From a virus, in IMG/VR virus record IMGVR_UViG_3300045988_053918, positions 1 to 54,149 of that record: a DNA stretch of 54,149 nucleotides. The stretch is one strand, 5' to 3'. Shown here piece by piece: positions 43,198 to 53,427 of this stretch. Below the pieces are notes generated by a model that did no database searches, was not told the origin of the DNA, and was given only the letters and a program-made list of their open reading frames with translations. The number at the start of each line of letters is the position of its first letter. Within the stretch, counting starts at the first letter, position 1. The position numbers were made by a program, and so were the translations under genes.

Positions 43198-43537
43198 AAA
43201 CGGAAGAAAGTTAATGATATAGCTTATCTTCCAAGTGTTGCATAAGAATAGAAATATCTTATGACAATCGGGCAAAATCGGTAAAGGCTAAAGTTTTCAA
43301 CTATGCTAATACCGAGATAACTCAATAGATTACGAACAGGCTATTGAGTATCGTAACGAGTAGGAATTGAATAAATATAATATTCCCAAGAGTGTCCGAC
43401 ACTACTGTATATAGGACAGTATGAGGTGGAAGTGGCTACCACCAAACCAAACATAATGATGTGGGTGATAATGTACTCTGAACTTATAGGAAACTATAAG
43501 AAGTATAGGATAAAGAGCCTATACGATAACAAATTTG
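43198..43537 (+). ncRNA. Candidate ORF-less self-splicing (group I-like) intron in the tape measure gene
   Basis: 340 nt (1 mod 3) restores the frame; exon 1 ends in U (43197) and the insert ends in G (43537); several stable hairpins; stops in all frames. Confidence 0.5.
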
Positions 43538-46003
43538 ACAATCAACTCCCCAAGTAATATGTTACGCCAGTTCAGTAACAATATGAAAGAGGTAGGAATG
43601 GTAGCAGGACAGCTATTTATCCCAATTCTTTCAAAGGTTATGCCAGTTGTAAACGGCGTTACTATTGCAATCAAAAGATTATTAGTCAACCTTGCTTCTT
43701 TAATGGGCGTAAAGATTGACTTTGAAAGCTTCGGACAAAGTGGCTATAAAGACACATCAGACGGCTTAGAAGATATTTCAGATGGCTACAAAGATGTAGC
43801 TGATTCGGCAAAGAAAGCTACATTATCCCTTATGGGATTTGATGAAATAAATAAATTACAGGACGATACAAGCTCAAGCAAAGGCTCAAGCGGTGGCGGT
43901 GGTAGCACTATTGATTTGACAGATGATATTACTAAGGCGGCGGCTGATTATGAAGCGGCGTGGAATAAAGCATTTGCCAATATGGAAAATTCAGCGGTTG
44001 CTTGGGCTGATAGAATTGAGAAAATTCTTGACCCAATCACAAAACCCCTTAAGAAGTTTGCTATGGACGTAAAATTAGGAGACTGGTTTGAGGCAGGGCA
44101 AGATATTAATGAATTTGTTACGGCTGTTTTTAATACAATCGAAAAAATTATTGATAAGGTTGACTGGGAGAAATTAGGCGAAAATATTGGAGATTTTCTT
44201 GCAGGACTTGATTGGGTAGATATCTTATTTAAAGCGCTTAAGCTAAAATTTAAGATATGGGAAGCTATAGCAAAGGTTATTAAGGAAAGTTTCAAAAAAG
44301 CACCGCTTGAAACAGCTATAATAGCAGGTTTTGCACTTCTTAATTATACAAGAATCGGTAAATTTATCGGCGGTCAAATTGCGAAGAAAATCACTATAGA
44401 TACAGCTAAGACAGTTATAACAACAGGCGGATTAAAGAGTGCATGGGAAACAATAGTAATCAAATCTATGTACGCACTTGACACATTATCAGCTTCAACA
44501 GTCATTCCTGTTGGCATTGTTGCTAGTATCTATATCGCTTCAACAATTTTTGCTGCAAAGGGAATAAAAAAATACTTAGGAAACGATAGCAAGCTACATA
44601 AATGGTTCGAAACGGAAGTACTTGGAATTGACGAAAAAGGTTATGTAACAACAGTTACAGCGGATTGCACAAGGGCAGAAGAAGGAGTATCTAAGCTGAA
44701 ATCGCAGATTGACGGGCTTAAGGATACTGTAATCAATATTGATGTAAACGATAAAAGCAGTATTGATAAGGCAAACGAAACACTTGTAGATACTATCAAT
44801 CAGAAAAACATTGCTAATAAGCAATTCCAACAGGTCTCTAAAGATTATAAGAAGATACAGAGTACGCTTGAGAAGTACATTACCAAATTGTACAAAGGTA
44901 GCGTAGATGAATTTTATGATTTTTACGGACAGACAAATGATCTGTCTGACATGTCGCAGCTATATGAAGTGCTTACAACAATTGGTTCAGGAAACAGCAA
45001 AGTACTTAATCAGATGTATGACGAACTTGGAACGCATAATGTTAGCGACATTAAAAAGGTTCAAAGTTCTTATAATTCACTTAAAGAAGAAATTGACGAT
45101 TGCAATAAAACCATTGCACAGTTAAGTCCTACAATAGACGAAAGCATATCAGCCTATGAAGAGCTTAACGATACAACTTACGAATACACCACATCTGCTA
45201 CACAGCATTATCATGATATGGTAGTTAGTTCAAAGGCTGCAATAAGTGAATTGACAATGGCAGCAAGTGACGGAGCAAATGCGTTTTCTAACAGCTACAG
45301 AGAAGCATTTGACAAGACAAAACTTGATGGAACTAATACTTTTACATCAGTAGAGGAAACTGTCAAGGCGCTTTCACAGTCAGCCGGTATAAATGGCGGT
45401 AATCAATTATACACAATGTTTGATGATAGAATTGCGAACATACCAGAAGCAACAAGACGTGCATTTTCCAACATTGTAGGGCAAATAAACGCCGGCAATA
45501 TCGGATATGACGAAGGAGAATCTCTTGCAGAGAATATTATGTCTGGCTTTAACGCTAGTGCATGGCGCTTTACTGATTCAGTTCAAGCAACTTTAAGGGA
45601 AGCATTTTCGATTGATGTTGATATCAATGCAGATATTGACCCTAGTAAAATGACACCAAGTGAAATAAATAGAGGTGGAGCAATTAATTTCGGTAAGATA
45701 AAGATTGCACCTAAATATGCAGTGGGCGGATTCCCAGAAGATGGATTCTTTTTTGCTAATCATAATGAAATGGTTGGCAAGTTTAGTAATGGCAAAACAG
45801 CAGTTGCAAACAATGAACAGATAACAGATGGCATTAAGCAAGCTGTTATTGAGGGCATGTCAGAAGTATTTGCTAATGCAAATATAGGTCAGCAAAACGG
45901 AAACATTGTTGTACAGATTGACGGACAGGAAGTGTTCAGAACAACACAGAGATATGCCAATCAGTATACAGCTATGACAGGACAGCCGGCATTTAATATT
46001 TAA
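43538..46003 (+). CDS. Tape measure protein, exon 2
   Basis: Begins TINSPSNMLRQFSNN..., giving GDLAN|TINSPSN at the junction; no RBS before the TTG the track uses as a start. Confidence 0.7.
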   Translation, partial: TINSPSNMLRQFSNNMKEVGMVAGQLFIPILSKVMPVVNGVTIAIKRLLVNLASLMGVKIDFESFGQSGYKDTSDGLEDISDGYKDVADSAKKATLSLMGFDEINKLQDDTSSSKGSSGGGGSTIDLTDDITKAAADYEAAWNKAFANMENSAVAWADRIEKILDPITKPLKKFAMDVKLGDWFEAGQDINEFVTAVFNTIEKIIDKVDWEKLGENIGDFLAGLDWVDILFKALKLKFKIWEAIAKVIKESFKKAPLETAIIAGFALLNYTRIGKFIGGQIAKKITIDTAKTVITTGGLKSAWETIVIKSMYALDTLSASTVIPVGIVASIYIASTIFAAKGIKKYLGNDSKLHKWFETEVLGIDEKGYVTTVTADCTRAEEGVSKLKSQIDGLKDTVINIDVNDKSSIDKANETLVDTINQKNIANKQFQQVSKDYKKIQSTLEKYITKLYKGSVDEFYDFYGQTNDLSDMSQLYEVLTTIGSGNSKVLNQMYDELGTHNVSDIKKVQSSYNSLKEEIDDCNKTIAQLSPTIDESISAYEELNDTTYEYTTSATQHYHDMVVSSKAAISELTMAASDGANAFSNSYREAFDKTKLDGTNTFTSVEETVKALSQSAGINGGNQLYTMFDDRIANIPEATRRAFSNIVGQINAGNIGYDEGESLAENIMSGFNASAWRFTDSVQATLREAFSIDVDINADIDPSKMTPSEINRGGAINFGKIKIAPKYAVGGFPEDGFFFANHNEMVGKFSNGKTAVANNEQITDGIKQAVIEGMSEVFANANIGQQNGNIVVQIDGQEVFRTTQRYANQYTAMTGQPAFNI

Positions 46004-46116
46004 CAAATAAAAAGGGGCTGTCAGCCCGACAACTGACAGCCAAAAGTTACAATACCGCTTAAACAAGCAGTACAGATATTATATAACACTAATTGAATTA
46101 ATGCAATAGAAATATT

Positions 46117-46150
46117 AAGGAATGTATCAGAAATGGTGCATTCCTTTTTT
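46117..46150 (+). terminator. Rho-independent terminator
   Basis: AAGGAATG...CATTCCTT followed by TTTT. Confidence 0.7.
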
Positions 46151-46174
46151 AATGCCTTGAAAGGGGTGATTTGA

Positions 46175-46546
46175 TTGATTGACGCAGTTGTGATTGAGGG
46201 GGTTAGATTCCCAGTAGCATATAACGGCTACACATACAGTAGGAATAAGATATGGTCTAAGAATACAGGAAGAAACGATTATGGGGAGATGGTAGGAACT
46301 ATTGTAGCACTCAAAGACAAGATTGAGCTTCAATTACCGCCATTAACAGGTGAACAGGCACTATTGCTTGATAATGTAGTAAGCGACGTAGATAACCCAT
46401 TCCCAACAGCACAAGTCCTATTTTTAGGAGGTATGCAAAAAGAAATGACAATATACACAGGAGATGTGACATATCCGTATCTCACAAGGGCGAAGAATGA
46501 GGACGGACTAATAGTCGGAGCAAAATTAAGTCTAATACAGAAATAA
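46175..46546 (+). CDS. Tail protein (hypothetical; TTG start)
   Basis: AAAGGGG RBS 8 nt upstream; position after the tape measure. Confidence 0.5.
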   Translation: MIDAVVIEGVRFPVAYNGYTYSRNKIWSKNTGRNDYGEMVGTIVALKDKIELQLPPLTGEQALLLDNVVSDVDNPFPTAQVLFLGGMQKEMTIYTGDVTYPYLTRAKNEDGLIVGAKLSLIQK

Positions 46547-46559
46547 AGGAGAGTTCCAC

Positions 46560-46943
46560 ATGAAACTTAAAACAAGTGAGCTAATAGACAGATTTCAAAG
46601 TTTAAGTAACATATCGCACGACAAGACTACAGGCAGAATTGCTATGGCTGTCATGTGCAATATTAAGGCATTGGAAGAACTGTACAAAACAACGCTACAG
46701 ACCATAGAAGATACCAAGGTTAAGTATGCAGATAAGGACGACAGCGGCAATCCAGTTATCAACGATAATCAGTATCAGGTTACATCAGAGAACTTAAAGA
46801 AGTTGCAGGAAGAATTGCAGGAAATCAATGAACAAGAGATTGAAGCGCCTGACATGACAATGCTTCCTATGGACGCATTCGATAAATGCGAAGAAATTAC
46901 ACCAGCTAAATTATACTCAATCGAGTTTATGATAAGTCATTAA
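46560..46943 (+). CDS. Hypothetical tail-module protein
   Basis: AAAGGAG RBS. Confidence 0.55.
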   Translation: MKLKTSELIDRFQSLSNISHDKTTGRIAMAVMCNIKALEELYKTTLQTIEDTKVKYADKDDSGNPVINDNQYQVTSENLKKLQEELQEINEQEIEAPDMTMLPMDAFDKCEEITPAKLYSIEFMISH

Positions 46944-46966
46944 TTAATCAATAAAGGCGGTGTAGA

Positions 46967-49900
46967 ATGAAGATATTAGACACAGCTATGACGGAAATTG
47001 TTAGGGGAAATAGTGCAAGATACTATTCCAAGTATGTTGTTGATGGAAAAGAACATACCGAAACACTTAACAATTTCAAGTTCCAAAACATAATAAATCC
47101 CAATAACGAAATTACGATAGGTAACACTTGTGCAAGCAGTGTTACCTTTTCTATTTATATGCCAACAGTAAGCCTTGAAAATAAGGAAATTACCATATTC
47201 GAGGGCGTTAAGGTTGGTACAGAAATTAAGTATATTAAGTTGGGAATATTTACAGTTACTAAACAGACGAGTGACGGAGAATACACAAACTATGAAGCAT
47301 ACGACAGAATGTATAAGGCTGACATGCCTTACTTCTCTGACATGACATTTCCTAACACAGATAAAGCTATTCTTAATGAGATATGCGGCAAGTTAGGTAT
47401 ATCTTTAGCGACAAATATAGTCACAGCACATACTATCAACGACAAGCCACAAGGATATACCTACAGAGAAATTATCGGTTATATGGCTATGCTACAAGGC
47501 TGTAATGCGGTAATTAATTCTGACGGAAACCTTGAATTAAGGTGGTATAAAGATAGTGGATATGTACTTGACGGACATAAGTATTATCAGCAAGGCGTTA
47601 CATTCACAACGAGTAAAGATTTTATCATACAAAAACTGACATGTAATAATACCAAGAGTGGTTCTACAGAACAAAGCGAGATTACTTCTGGTGACGGAGC
47701 GACAGGATTAACATTTGCGAATCCATTTATGACGCAAGAAATCCTTGATGAGGTTTACAAGAAAATAGGCGGTTTTGCATTCAGACCGATTGAAGTTAAG
47801 TTTGTTGGTGACTACCGACTAGAGGTCGGCGACATTATTACTGTTAATAAAGCTGGCGTTGATTACAAAGTACCTATAATGCAGATTACGCACGAATGTG
47901 ACGGCGGACTTATGGATACTGTTACATCTATAGGTCAATCTGACACGGAGAATACAAGCGTTGCCTCTGGACCTATTACTAAGCAGATGGAACGGTACTA
48001 TGCCGACTTGATACTTGTAAATAAAGCGCTTATTAATAAATTATCTGTTGATGAAGCTGATATCAGATACGCAAGCATTGAAACCTTAAAGGCTGTTAAT
48101 GCTGATATTGATAACCTTAAAACAAATAAATTAGATGCAACATATGCAGATATCATTAATGCTAATGTGGAAAGCCTTAAGGCGGCTAATGCTGAAATTA
48201 CGCAATTGAAAGCCAATTCATTAACAGCGGACATAGCGGATTTAAAGTACGCACAAATTGATTTTGCGAATGTCAAAGGACAAGTTGTTACAACATCACT
48301 TATCAAAGATGGTGCAGTAACAAACGAAAAGGTACAAAGTCTTTCAGCAAACAAGCTGACAGCAGGTACTATTGACGCAAGCAAGATTACAGTTACTAAT
48401 CTTAATGCAGATAACATTACAGTAGGTACAATTAACGGAAAGCGTATCGGAACAGGTTCTTTATCTTTAGATAAATTAGCCGAGGAAGTGCCAACAAAAG
48501 AATATTTAGATAAGGTACAAGAAGATTTACAAGGGCAAATCGACGGAAACATTGAGACATTCACCAAGACAGAAATACCTACTCTTAATAATGAGCCAGC
48601 TGTTAATTGGACTGATAATGCTACGAGAAAAAAGCATATAGGCGATATCTGTTATGTAGTTAATCCAGCTTCGAGTGCAGACGGATATTCTTACAGATTT
48701 GCCAATACCGGCACAGAACAAGCACCTGTATATGAATGGGTATTAATTAAGGATAGTGATGTTACTAAAGCATTACAGGACATTATTAACATCAATGGTG
48801 AGATTACAGGAATTAAGAAGTTTAATGTTGAAATAAGTTCATGGAAAACTAATACAGACAGTGAATTATCAAGTCTTAAAACACGAACAGCCAGCCTTGA
48901 AACTGATATGGGTAATAAGGTTGATACTACTACATTTAATACTGTTAAGCAGACAGTAGATGAAAATAGTAGTAACATAACCAAAATGACCGAAACGCTT
49001 TCTAAAAAGGCTGATAGTAGCACTGTTACAACTTTGAGTAATACTGTCAATAGCATTAAACAGACAACGGACACTAACACATCGAGCATATCAAGTCTTA
49101 CAACTGTAGTTGAGAAGAAAGCTAACCAAGATGAAGTTACAAACATATCTAATAAGCTGACAACTGTTGAACAGAACTTAAATGGATTGACAGTTGATGT
49201 TACAAATCAATACCAGTATATTGATAATCAGCTTAATGGCAATCATAAGATATATGAGATTGCACATGCACCGACTAAGGATAACTACCCTGCTAATGAG
49301 TGGAGCATACAGATATATCCAAGCGATGATAGATATCCTAGTGATAGCACATGGGAGTATACAGAAGATGAGTATGAGAAGTATGTTGGGACTATTGCAT
49401 ATTGGAAAGACCAGCAAAGGGCATGGCGATTTATAAGAAAATCTGACGGAACGCATGATTGGGTGGAAATCAGTGCGACAGAAACAACATATCTTCTCAA
49501 TCAGAATGCTTCATTAAGAATTGATGTAAACAATATAAGTACAAACCTATCTACCCTTACAACGAATGTTCAGAACAATTATAGCACTACAACACAAATG
49601 AATAATGCTATTACACAGGCAGTTAGTGCAGAGAGCAATAGTATCAAGAGTGAAATTTCCACAACTTATGTAACAAAGAATGCTCTTACAGGCTATAGCA
49701 CTACAGAAGCTATGAACAACGCTATAACACAAGCGATAACCAAGGAAAGCAATAGTATCAAGTTGGAAGTCTCTAATAATTATGCTACTAAGAAGAGTCT
49801 TGAAAGTTATGCCACAACTGACAGCCTTAAAAGCTATGCTACAACAGCAAGTCTTGACCTTTATATCAAGAAAGACCCGACAAGCGGAGAACTCAAATCT

Positions 49901-50437
49901 GCCATAGAAGCTATTGCAGACGATATAACACTTAAAGCTAAAGGCACAATTAATATTAGTGGTAATAAGTCTGTTAATATCAATGGTAATCTGTTCACGC
50001 TTACATCTACTAATACTACTATTTCAGCAGATGGTTCGATAGACTGTAAGAAGCTAAAAGCTGTTGATGCTGATTTAGAAGGCACATTTAAAAATGTAAA
50101 TGTAACTGACGGAGGTATTACAATGACCACTACTATTATTGGTGGTGAATACCTTATGAAAAGCAGTACAGGTGCATTTTTACAGATACAAGGACACTAC
50201 ATTGAAATGTCAAATGATGATGGTTCAGGAACGAACTGGATATTAAGTAGAAGCGAATGTGTTTTTAATGACTATTTAAATGTTAAGCTATATCACCCTT
50301 CACTTAAAAACTATATGCGACCTGCTTTGTCTATGAGCAATCCAGTAACATTTGATTGGAGCGGAAGCGTTTTAACTATATATGTTGACGATGTAGCTGT
50401 CGCTACATGGGATTGGGCACAAAAAAATTGGTATTAA
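46967..50437 (+). CDS. Tail tip / fibre protein (1156 aa)
   Basis: Tail-tip-like N-terminal domain, long coiled-coil/repeat shaft, C-terminal globular domain. Confidence 0.7.
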   Translation: MKILDTAMTEIVRGNSARYYSKYVVDGKEHTETLNNFKFQNIINPNNEITIGNTCASSVTFSIYMPTVSLENKEITIFEGVKVGTEIKYIKLGIFTVTKQTSDGEYTNYEAYDRMYKADMPYFSDMTFPNTDKAILNEICGKLGISLATNIVTAHTINDKPQGYTYREIIGYMAMLQGCNAVINSDGNLELRWYKDSGYVLDGHKYYQQGVTFTTSKDFIIQKLTCNNTKSGSTEQSEITSGDGATGLTFANPFMTQEILDEVYKKIGGFAFRPIEVKFVGDYRLEVGDIITVNKAGVDYKVPIMQITHECDGGLMDTVTSIGQSDTENTSVASGPITKQMERYYADLILVNKALINKLSVDEADIRYASIETLKAVNADIDNLKTNKLDATYADIINANVESLKAANAEITQLKANSLTADIADLKYAQIDFANVKGQVVTTSLIKDGAVTNEKVQSLSANKLTAGTIDASKITVTNLNADNITVGTINGKRIGTGSLSLDKLAEEVPTKEYLDKVQEDLQGQIDGNIETFTKTEIPTLNNEPAVNWTDNATRKKHIGDICYVVNPASSADGYSYRFANTGTEQAPVYEWVLIKDSDVTKALQDIININGEITGIKKFNVEISSWKTNTDSELSSLKTRTASLETDMGNKVDTTTFNTVKQTVDENSSNITKMTETLSKKADSSTVTTLSNTVNSIKQTTDTNTSSISSLTTVVEKKANQDEVTNISNKLTTVEQNLNGLTVDVTNQYQYIDNQLNGNHKIYEIAHAPTKDNYPANEWSIQIYPSDDRYPSDSTWEYTEDEYEKYVGTIAYWKDQQRAWRFIRKSDGTHDWVEISATETTYLLNQNASLRIDVNNISTNLSTLTTNVQNNYSTTTQMNNAITQAVSAESNSIKSEISTTYVTKNALTGYSTTEAMNNAITQAITKESNSIKLEVSNNYATKKSLESYATTDSLKSYATTASLDLYIKKDPTSGELKSAIEAIADDITLKAKGTINISGNKSVNINGNLFTLTSTNTTISADGSIDCKKLKAVDADLEGTFKNVNVTDGGITMTTTIIGGEYLMKSSTGAFLQIQGHYIEMSNDDGSGTNWILSRSECVFNDYLNVKLYHPSLKNYMRPALSMSNPVTFDWSGSVLTIYVDDVAVATWDWAQKNWY

Positions 50438-50466
50438 ATCTGCACAGCGGTAGAAAGGAAAACAAT

Positions 50467-50733
50467 ATGTTAAGTATAACAAAGACAACAAACTTAAGCG
50501 GAACATCAGTGATTAATGGTCAATCAGCCATGACAATGTATGCGGCTGTGCCGGAAACTGGTTCACTGACAATTAGTCAGACAATTACTAACAAGGAATT
50601 ATACCTTGCAAATCAGACACAATGTGATAATGATTATGAGAATTTTAAATCAGAAGTCAATAAGCTGCTAAAGAGTGAACAGCAGACAATTGATTCAGAT
50701 ACGATAAACGCAGTAGGAACAGTAACAGAGTAA
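50467..50733 (+). CDS. Hypothetical protein
   Basis: GAAAGGAA RBS before the ATG at 50467. Confidence 0.5.
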   Translation: MLSITKTTNLSGTSVINGQSAMTMYAAVPETGSLTISQTITNKELYLANQTQCDNDYENFKSEVNKLLKSEQQTIDSDTINAVGTVTE

Positions 50734-50741
50734 ATCATCAG

Positions 50742-50775
50742 AGAGTGTGGGTTTAAGCCTGCACTCTTATTTTTT
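50742..50775 (+). terminator. Rho-independent terminator
   Basis: AGAGTG...CACTCT followed by TATTTTTT. Confidence 0.65.
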
Positions 50776-50787
50776 AGGAGGCAAATT

Positions 50788-51381
50788 ATGAGCTTAACTG
50801 GATTTCTTTCGTACAGCCGTGTAAACTGGCAACAATCGCCAAGCAAAAGTACTCCCTGGAATGCAACAAACTTAAATATAATGGACGCAGGTATTAAGAA
50901 TAACAATGATATGATTAGTAATCTTCGTGATGAAGTTACACAACTAAACAGTAATATTGACGTTAAAAACTCTTTTTGCAAAAATATTGCAAGTGTAGAT
51001 GGTACTCTTGAAGGTTATGGCTATAATTATTGCTATTATAATAAATCTACCAAAACAGGGATTTTATACTATGCCTCCAAAATTGAAACACAAGATTCTA
51101 CACAGAATAATTTTACAGGATATTATGACATAGAAACAGTTCTTGAAAATATGGGTATTACTAACTTTAATAAAATATTGGAAAGCAATTATATTCCTTA
51201 TGATGCCACAGGTGTAGTTCGAGCAAAGTTGATAGGCTATGGAACAACATTGTTATATAGATCTGCAAGTCAGCATTATGCTTTTGCTCGATATTATACA
51301 AAAGATGGTAATAAAGGAGCATGGGCTACAAGCGAATTCCAAAAGGGTGATTATATTACAGGCTCACTTATATTTAGTTAA
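50788..51381 (+). CDS. Putative tail fibre / receptor-binding protein
   Basis: GGAGG RBS; N-terminus VNWQQSPSKSTPWNATNLNIMDAGIKNNND is typical of fibre N-termini. Confidence 0.5.
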   Translation: MSLTGFLSYSRVNWQQSPSKSTPWNATNLNIMDAGIKNNNDMISNLRDEVTQLNSNIDVKNSFCKNIASVDGTLEGYGYNYCYYNKSTKTGILYYASKIETQDSTQNNFTGYYDIETVLENMGITNFNKILESNYIPYDATGVVRAKLIGYGTTLLYRSASQHYAFARYYTKDGNKGAWATSEFQKGDYITGSLIFS

Positions 51382-51502
51382 GTTTCAGATACTGCCTTAG
51401 TAATTGCACCGGTGCATTTAATATTATTGCAGTTTAGTCGCGGAATGAGCAATTAGTAAGGTTGGCAGTGCCGCATAACATTAACAATATAATATTTACA
51501 AT

Positions 51503-51536
51503 CAAGCACCCCAGTGTTTCCACTAAGGTGCTTTTT
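51503..51536 (+). terminator. Rho-independent terminator
   Basis: AAGCACC...GGTGCTT followed by TTTT. Confidence 0.7.
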
Positions 51537-51570
51537 TGATACACATTTTTCTAAATTTAGGAGGTAATTT

Positions 51571-52851
51571 ATGAGTAAGTTATTCGGAATTGACACATCA
51601 AGATGGCAGGGAGACTTTGATTTCAAAGGCGCAAAGGATAATGAGGGTGTAGATTTTGCCATTATCAAGGCAGGTGGTGCTGATGATGGCTTATACGAAG
51701 ATAGAGAGTTTGAGAGCAGCTATAACAAGTTGGAAAGTGCAGGAATCCACAAAGGAGCCTATTTCTTTGGTAACGCATTAAGTGCTGATGAAGCTGTAAA
51801 TGAAGCTAGATATTTTGCACAGCTTTTAGCAGGTAAATCATTCTGCTATCCAGTATTCTATGATGTTGAAGCAGACATGGTTACTGGTAACGACCTTACA
51901 GATGTTATTATGGCATTCCTTGATGAAATGAGAAATGCAGGATATAAGAATGTCGGCTTATACTCATACGAGAACTGCATTAACAATTATGTAGACATTT
52001 CAAGAGTAAAAGAAGCTGGTTATGCCGTTTGGGTAGCAAAGTATTCAGATGCAGAACCTAGAATTGCTGTTGGTTATGATATGTGGCAATTCGGTGGAAG
52101 TGTTAATTATCTTAGAGACACACAGATTAACGGACAGACAGTAGACCAGAACTATTGTTACACTGATTATTGCACAGACCATGTCGTTGAAGAAATCACA
52201 GTGCCAGACTATGAGCCAGTACCAGACACTAAATACCATAAGGGTGATACAGTTAAGGTTATTAACGCTATTCAGTACGATAATGGCGAGCCATTCAGCA
52301 CTTACTATGATGAGTACAGTGTCTTATCAGCCAGTGGCAGAAGAGTTGTTATCGGTGTTGACGGCGTAACTACTGCTGCTATTGACGAGGATAACATCAG
52401 CCTTGTTAAGTGCATTTATGACAATGACAATGATATCAACACAGATACAGTAAATCGCGGCGACGGTAAGAAAGTCAGAGTGCTTGATAACATTGATTAT
52501 GACGGTGTTAGATTTGCGACATATTATGATGAATATGATGTAATTGAAGAGGACGGAGACAGAATTGTTATAGGTATTGGCACAACAATCACAGCCGCTG
52601 TCAATATTGCTAATCTTGAATTTGTCGGCGGTGCAAGTTCTGATGATACACCTACAGATATTCCGTTTAGCGGAGATATTGAAGAGGGTAGCACAGTGAG
52701 ATTTGTCGGCAATACTGATTATGACGGCACACCTATTAAGGCTTGGTTTGATGAATACACAGTATCAGAAAGAAGTGGAGACAGGGTTGTGCTTGCACAT
52801 GGCGGAGAATTATTCGCAGCGGTCAATGTAGCTGATTGTGAATTAGTCTAA
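51571..52851 (+). CDS. Endolysin: GH25 muramidase plus three C-terminal SH3-like wall-binding repeats
   Basis: MSKLFGIDTSRWQGDFDF...DFAIIKAG...GAYFF; three repeats of about 60 aa (...YDG..F..YYDEY.V...GDR.VIG...). Confidence 0.85.
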   Translation: MSKLFGIDTSRWQGDFDFKGAKDNEGVDFAIIKAGGADDGLYEDREFESSYNKLESAGIHKGAYFFGNALSADEAVNEARYFAQLLAGKSFCYPVFYDVEADMVTGNDLTDVIMAFLDEMRNAGYKNVGLYSYENCINNYVDISRVKEAGYAVWVAKYSDAEPRIAVGYDMWQFGGSVNYLRDTQINGQTVDQNYCYTDYCTDHVVEEITVPDYEPVPDTKYHKGDTVKVINAIQYDNGEPFSTYYDEYSVLSASGRRVVIGVDGVTTAAIDEDNISLVKCIYDNDNDINTDTVNRGDGKKVRVLDNIDYDGVRFATYYDEYDVIEEDGDRIVIGIGTTITAAVNIANLEFVGGASSDDTPTDIPFSGDIEEGSTVRFVGNTDYDGTPIKAWFDEYTVSERSGDRVVLAHGGELFAAVNVADCELV

Positions 52852-52863
52852 CCTTAATAAAAA

Positions 52864-52888
52864 TACCGGGAGTGCAATGCTCCCGGTA
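52864..52888. terminator. Bidirectional terminator
   Basis: 9-bp stem TACCGGGAG / CTCCCGGTA between convergent genes. Confidence 0.7.
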
Positions 52889-52893
52889 ATATT

Positions 52894-53415
52894 TTAATTA
52901 TTCAAATCTATCATAACAGCTATAACAGCAGGAATGGTTGTTATTGTTCCGTTTGTTTTCTTAAATTCCATACCACCCTCAAGAAGTGTTCCGTACATTG
53001 TCACATTATCACCAACAAGCAAATTATAATCAAAATCATCTCTATAATATGTCAAAACAACAGTATCATCATTATTGCCATCAACAGCTAAATAATAGCA
53101 AGCAATATATTCACTGGATTCTTCACCGGTATGCGTATTTCCGTCTTTATCTTCGACCTCCCCATCATACTTTAATTCTGCTACAATATTACCTGTCAAC
53201 TTGAATTCTTTATCAATATACTTATTAGGTGTACGCTTGAGCATTTCAACAGTTATATCATCAGGATATACACTCTTGTCTCTTGACAATAATGTTTCTT
53301 GCTCTGTCTGGACTTCACTGGTACTTTCAACGTTATTATCAGAAGCACCATTCTGACACGCTACAAGGCTCAACAAGCACATAACAAGCATAATGCTTAC
53401 AATTCTCTTTATCAT
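52894..53415 (-). CDS. Lipoprotein
   Basis: Signal peptide plus lipobox MIKRIVSIMLVMCLLSLVAC. Confidence 0.75.
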   Translation of the reverse strand: MIKRIVSIMLVMCLLSLVACQNGASDNNVESTSEVQTEQETLLSRDKSVYPDDITVEMLKRTPNKYIDKEFKLTGNIVAELKYDGEVEDKDGNTHTGEESSEYIACYYLAVDGNNDDTVVLTYYRDDFDYNLLVGDNVTMYGTLLEGGMEFKKTNGTITTIPAVIAVMIDLNN

Positions 53416-53427
53416 AGGTAAACTCCT

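Noticed and set aside
43246-43534. A homing endonuclease gene inside the tape measure insert
   Set aside because: No ORF of meaningful length exists in any frame of the 340-nt insert.
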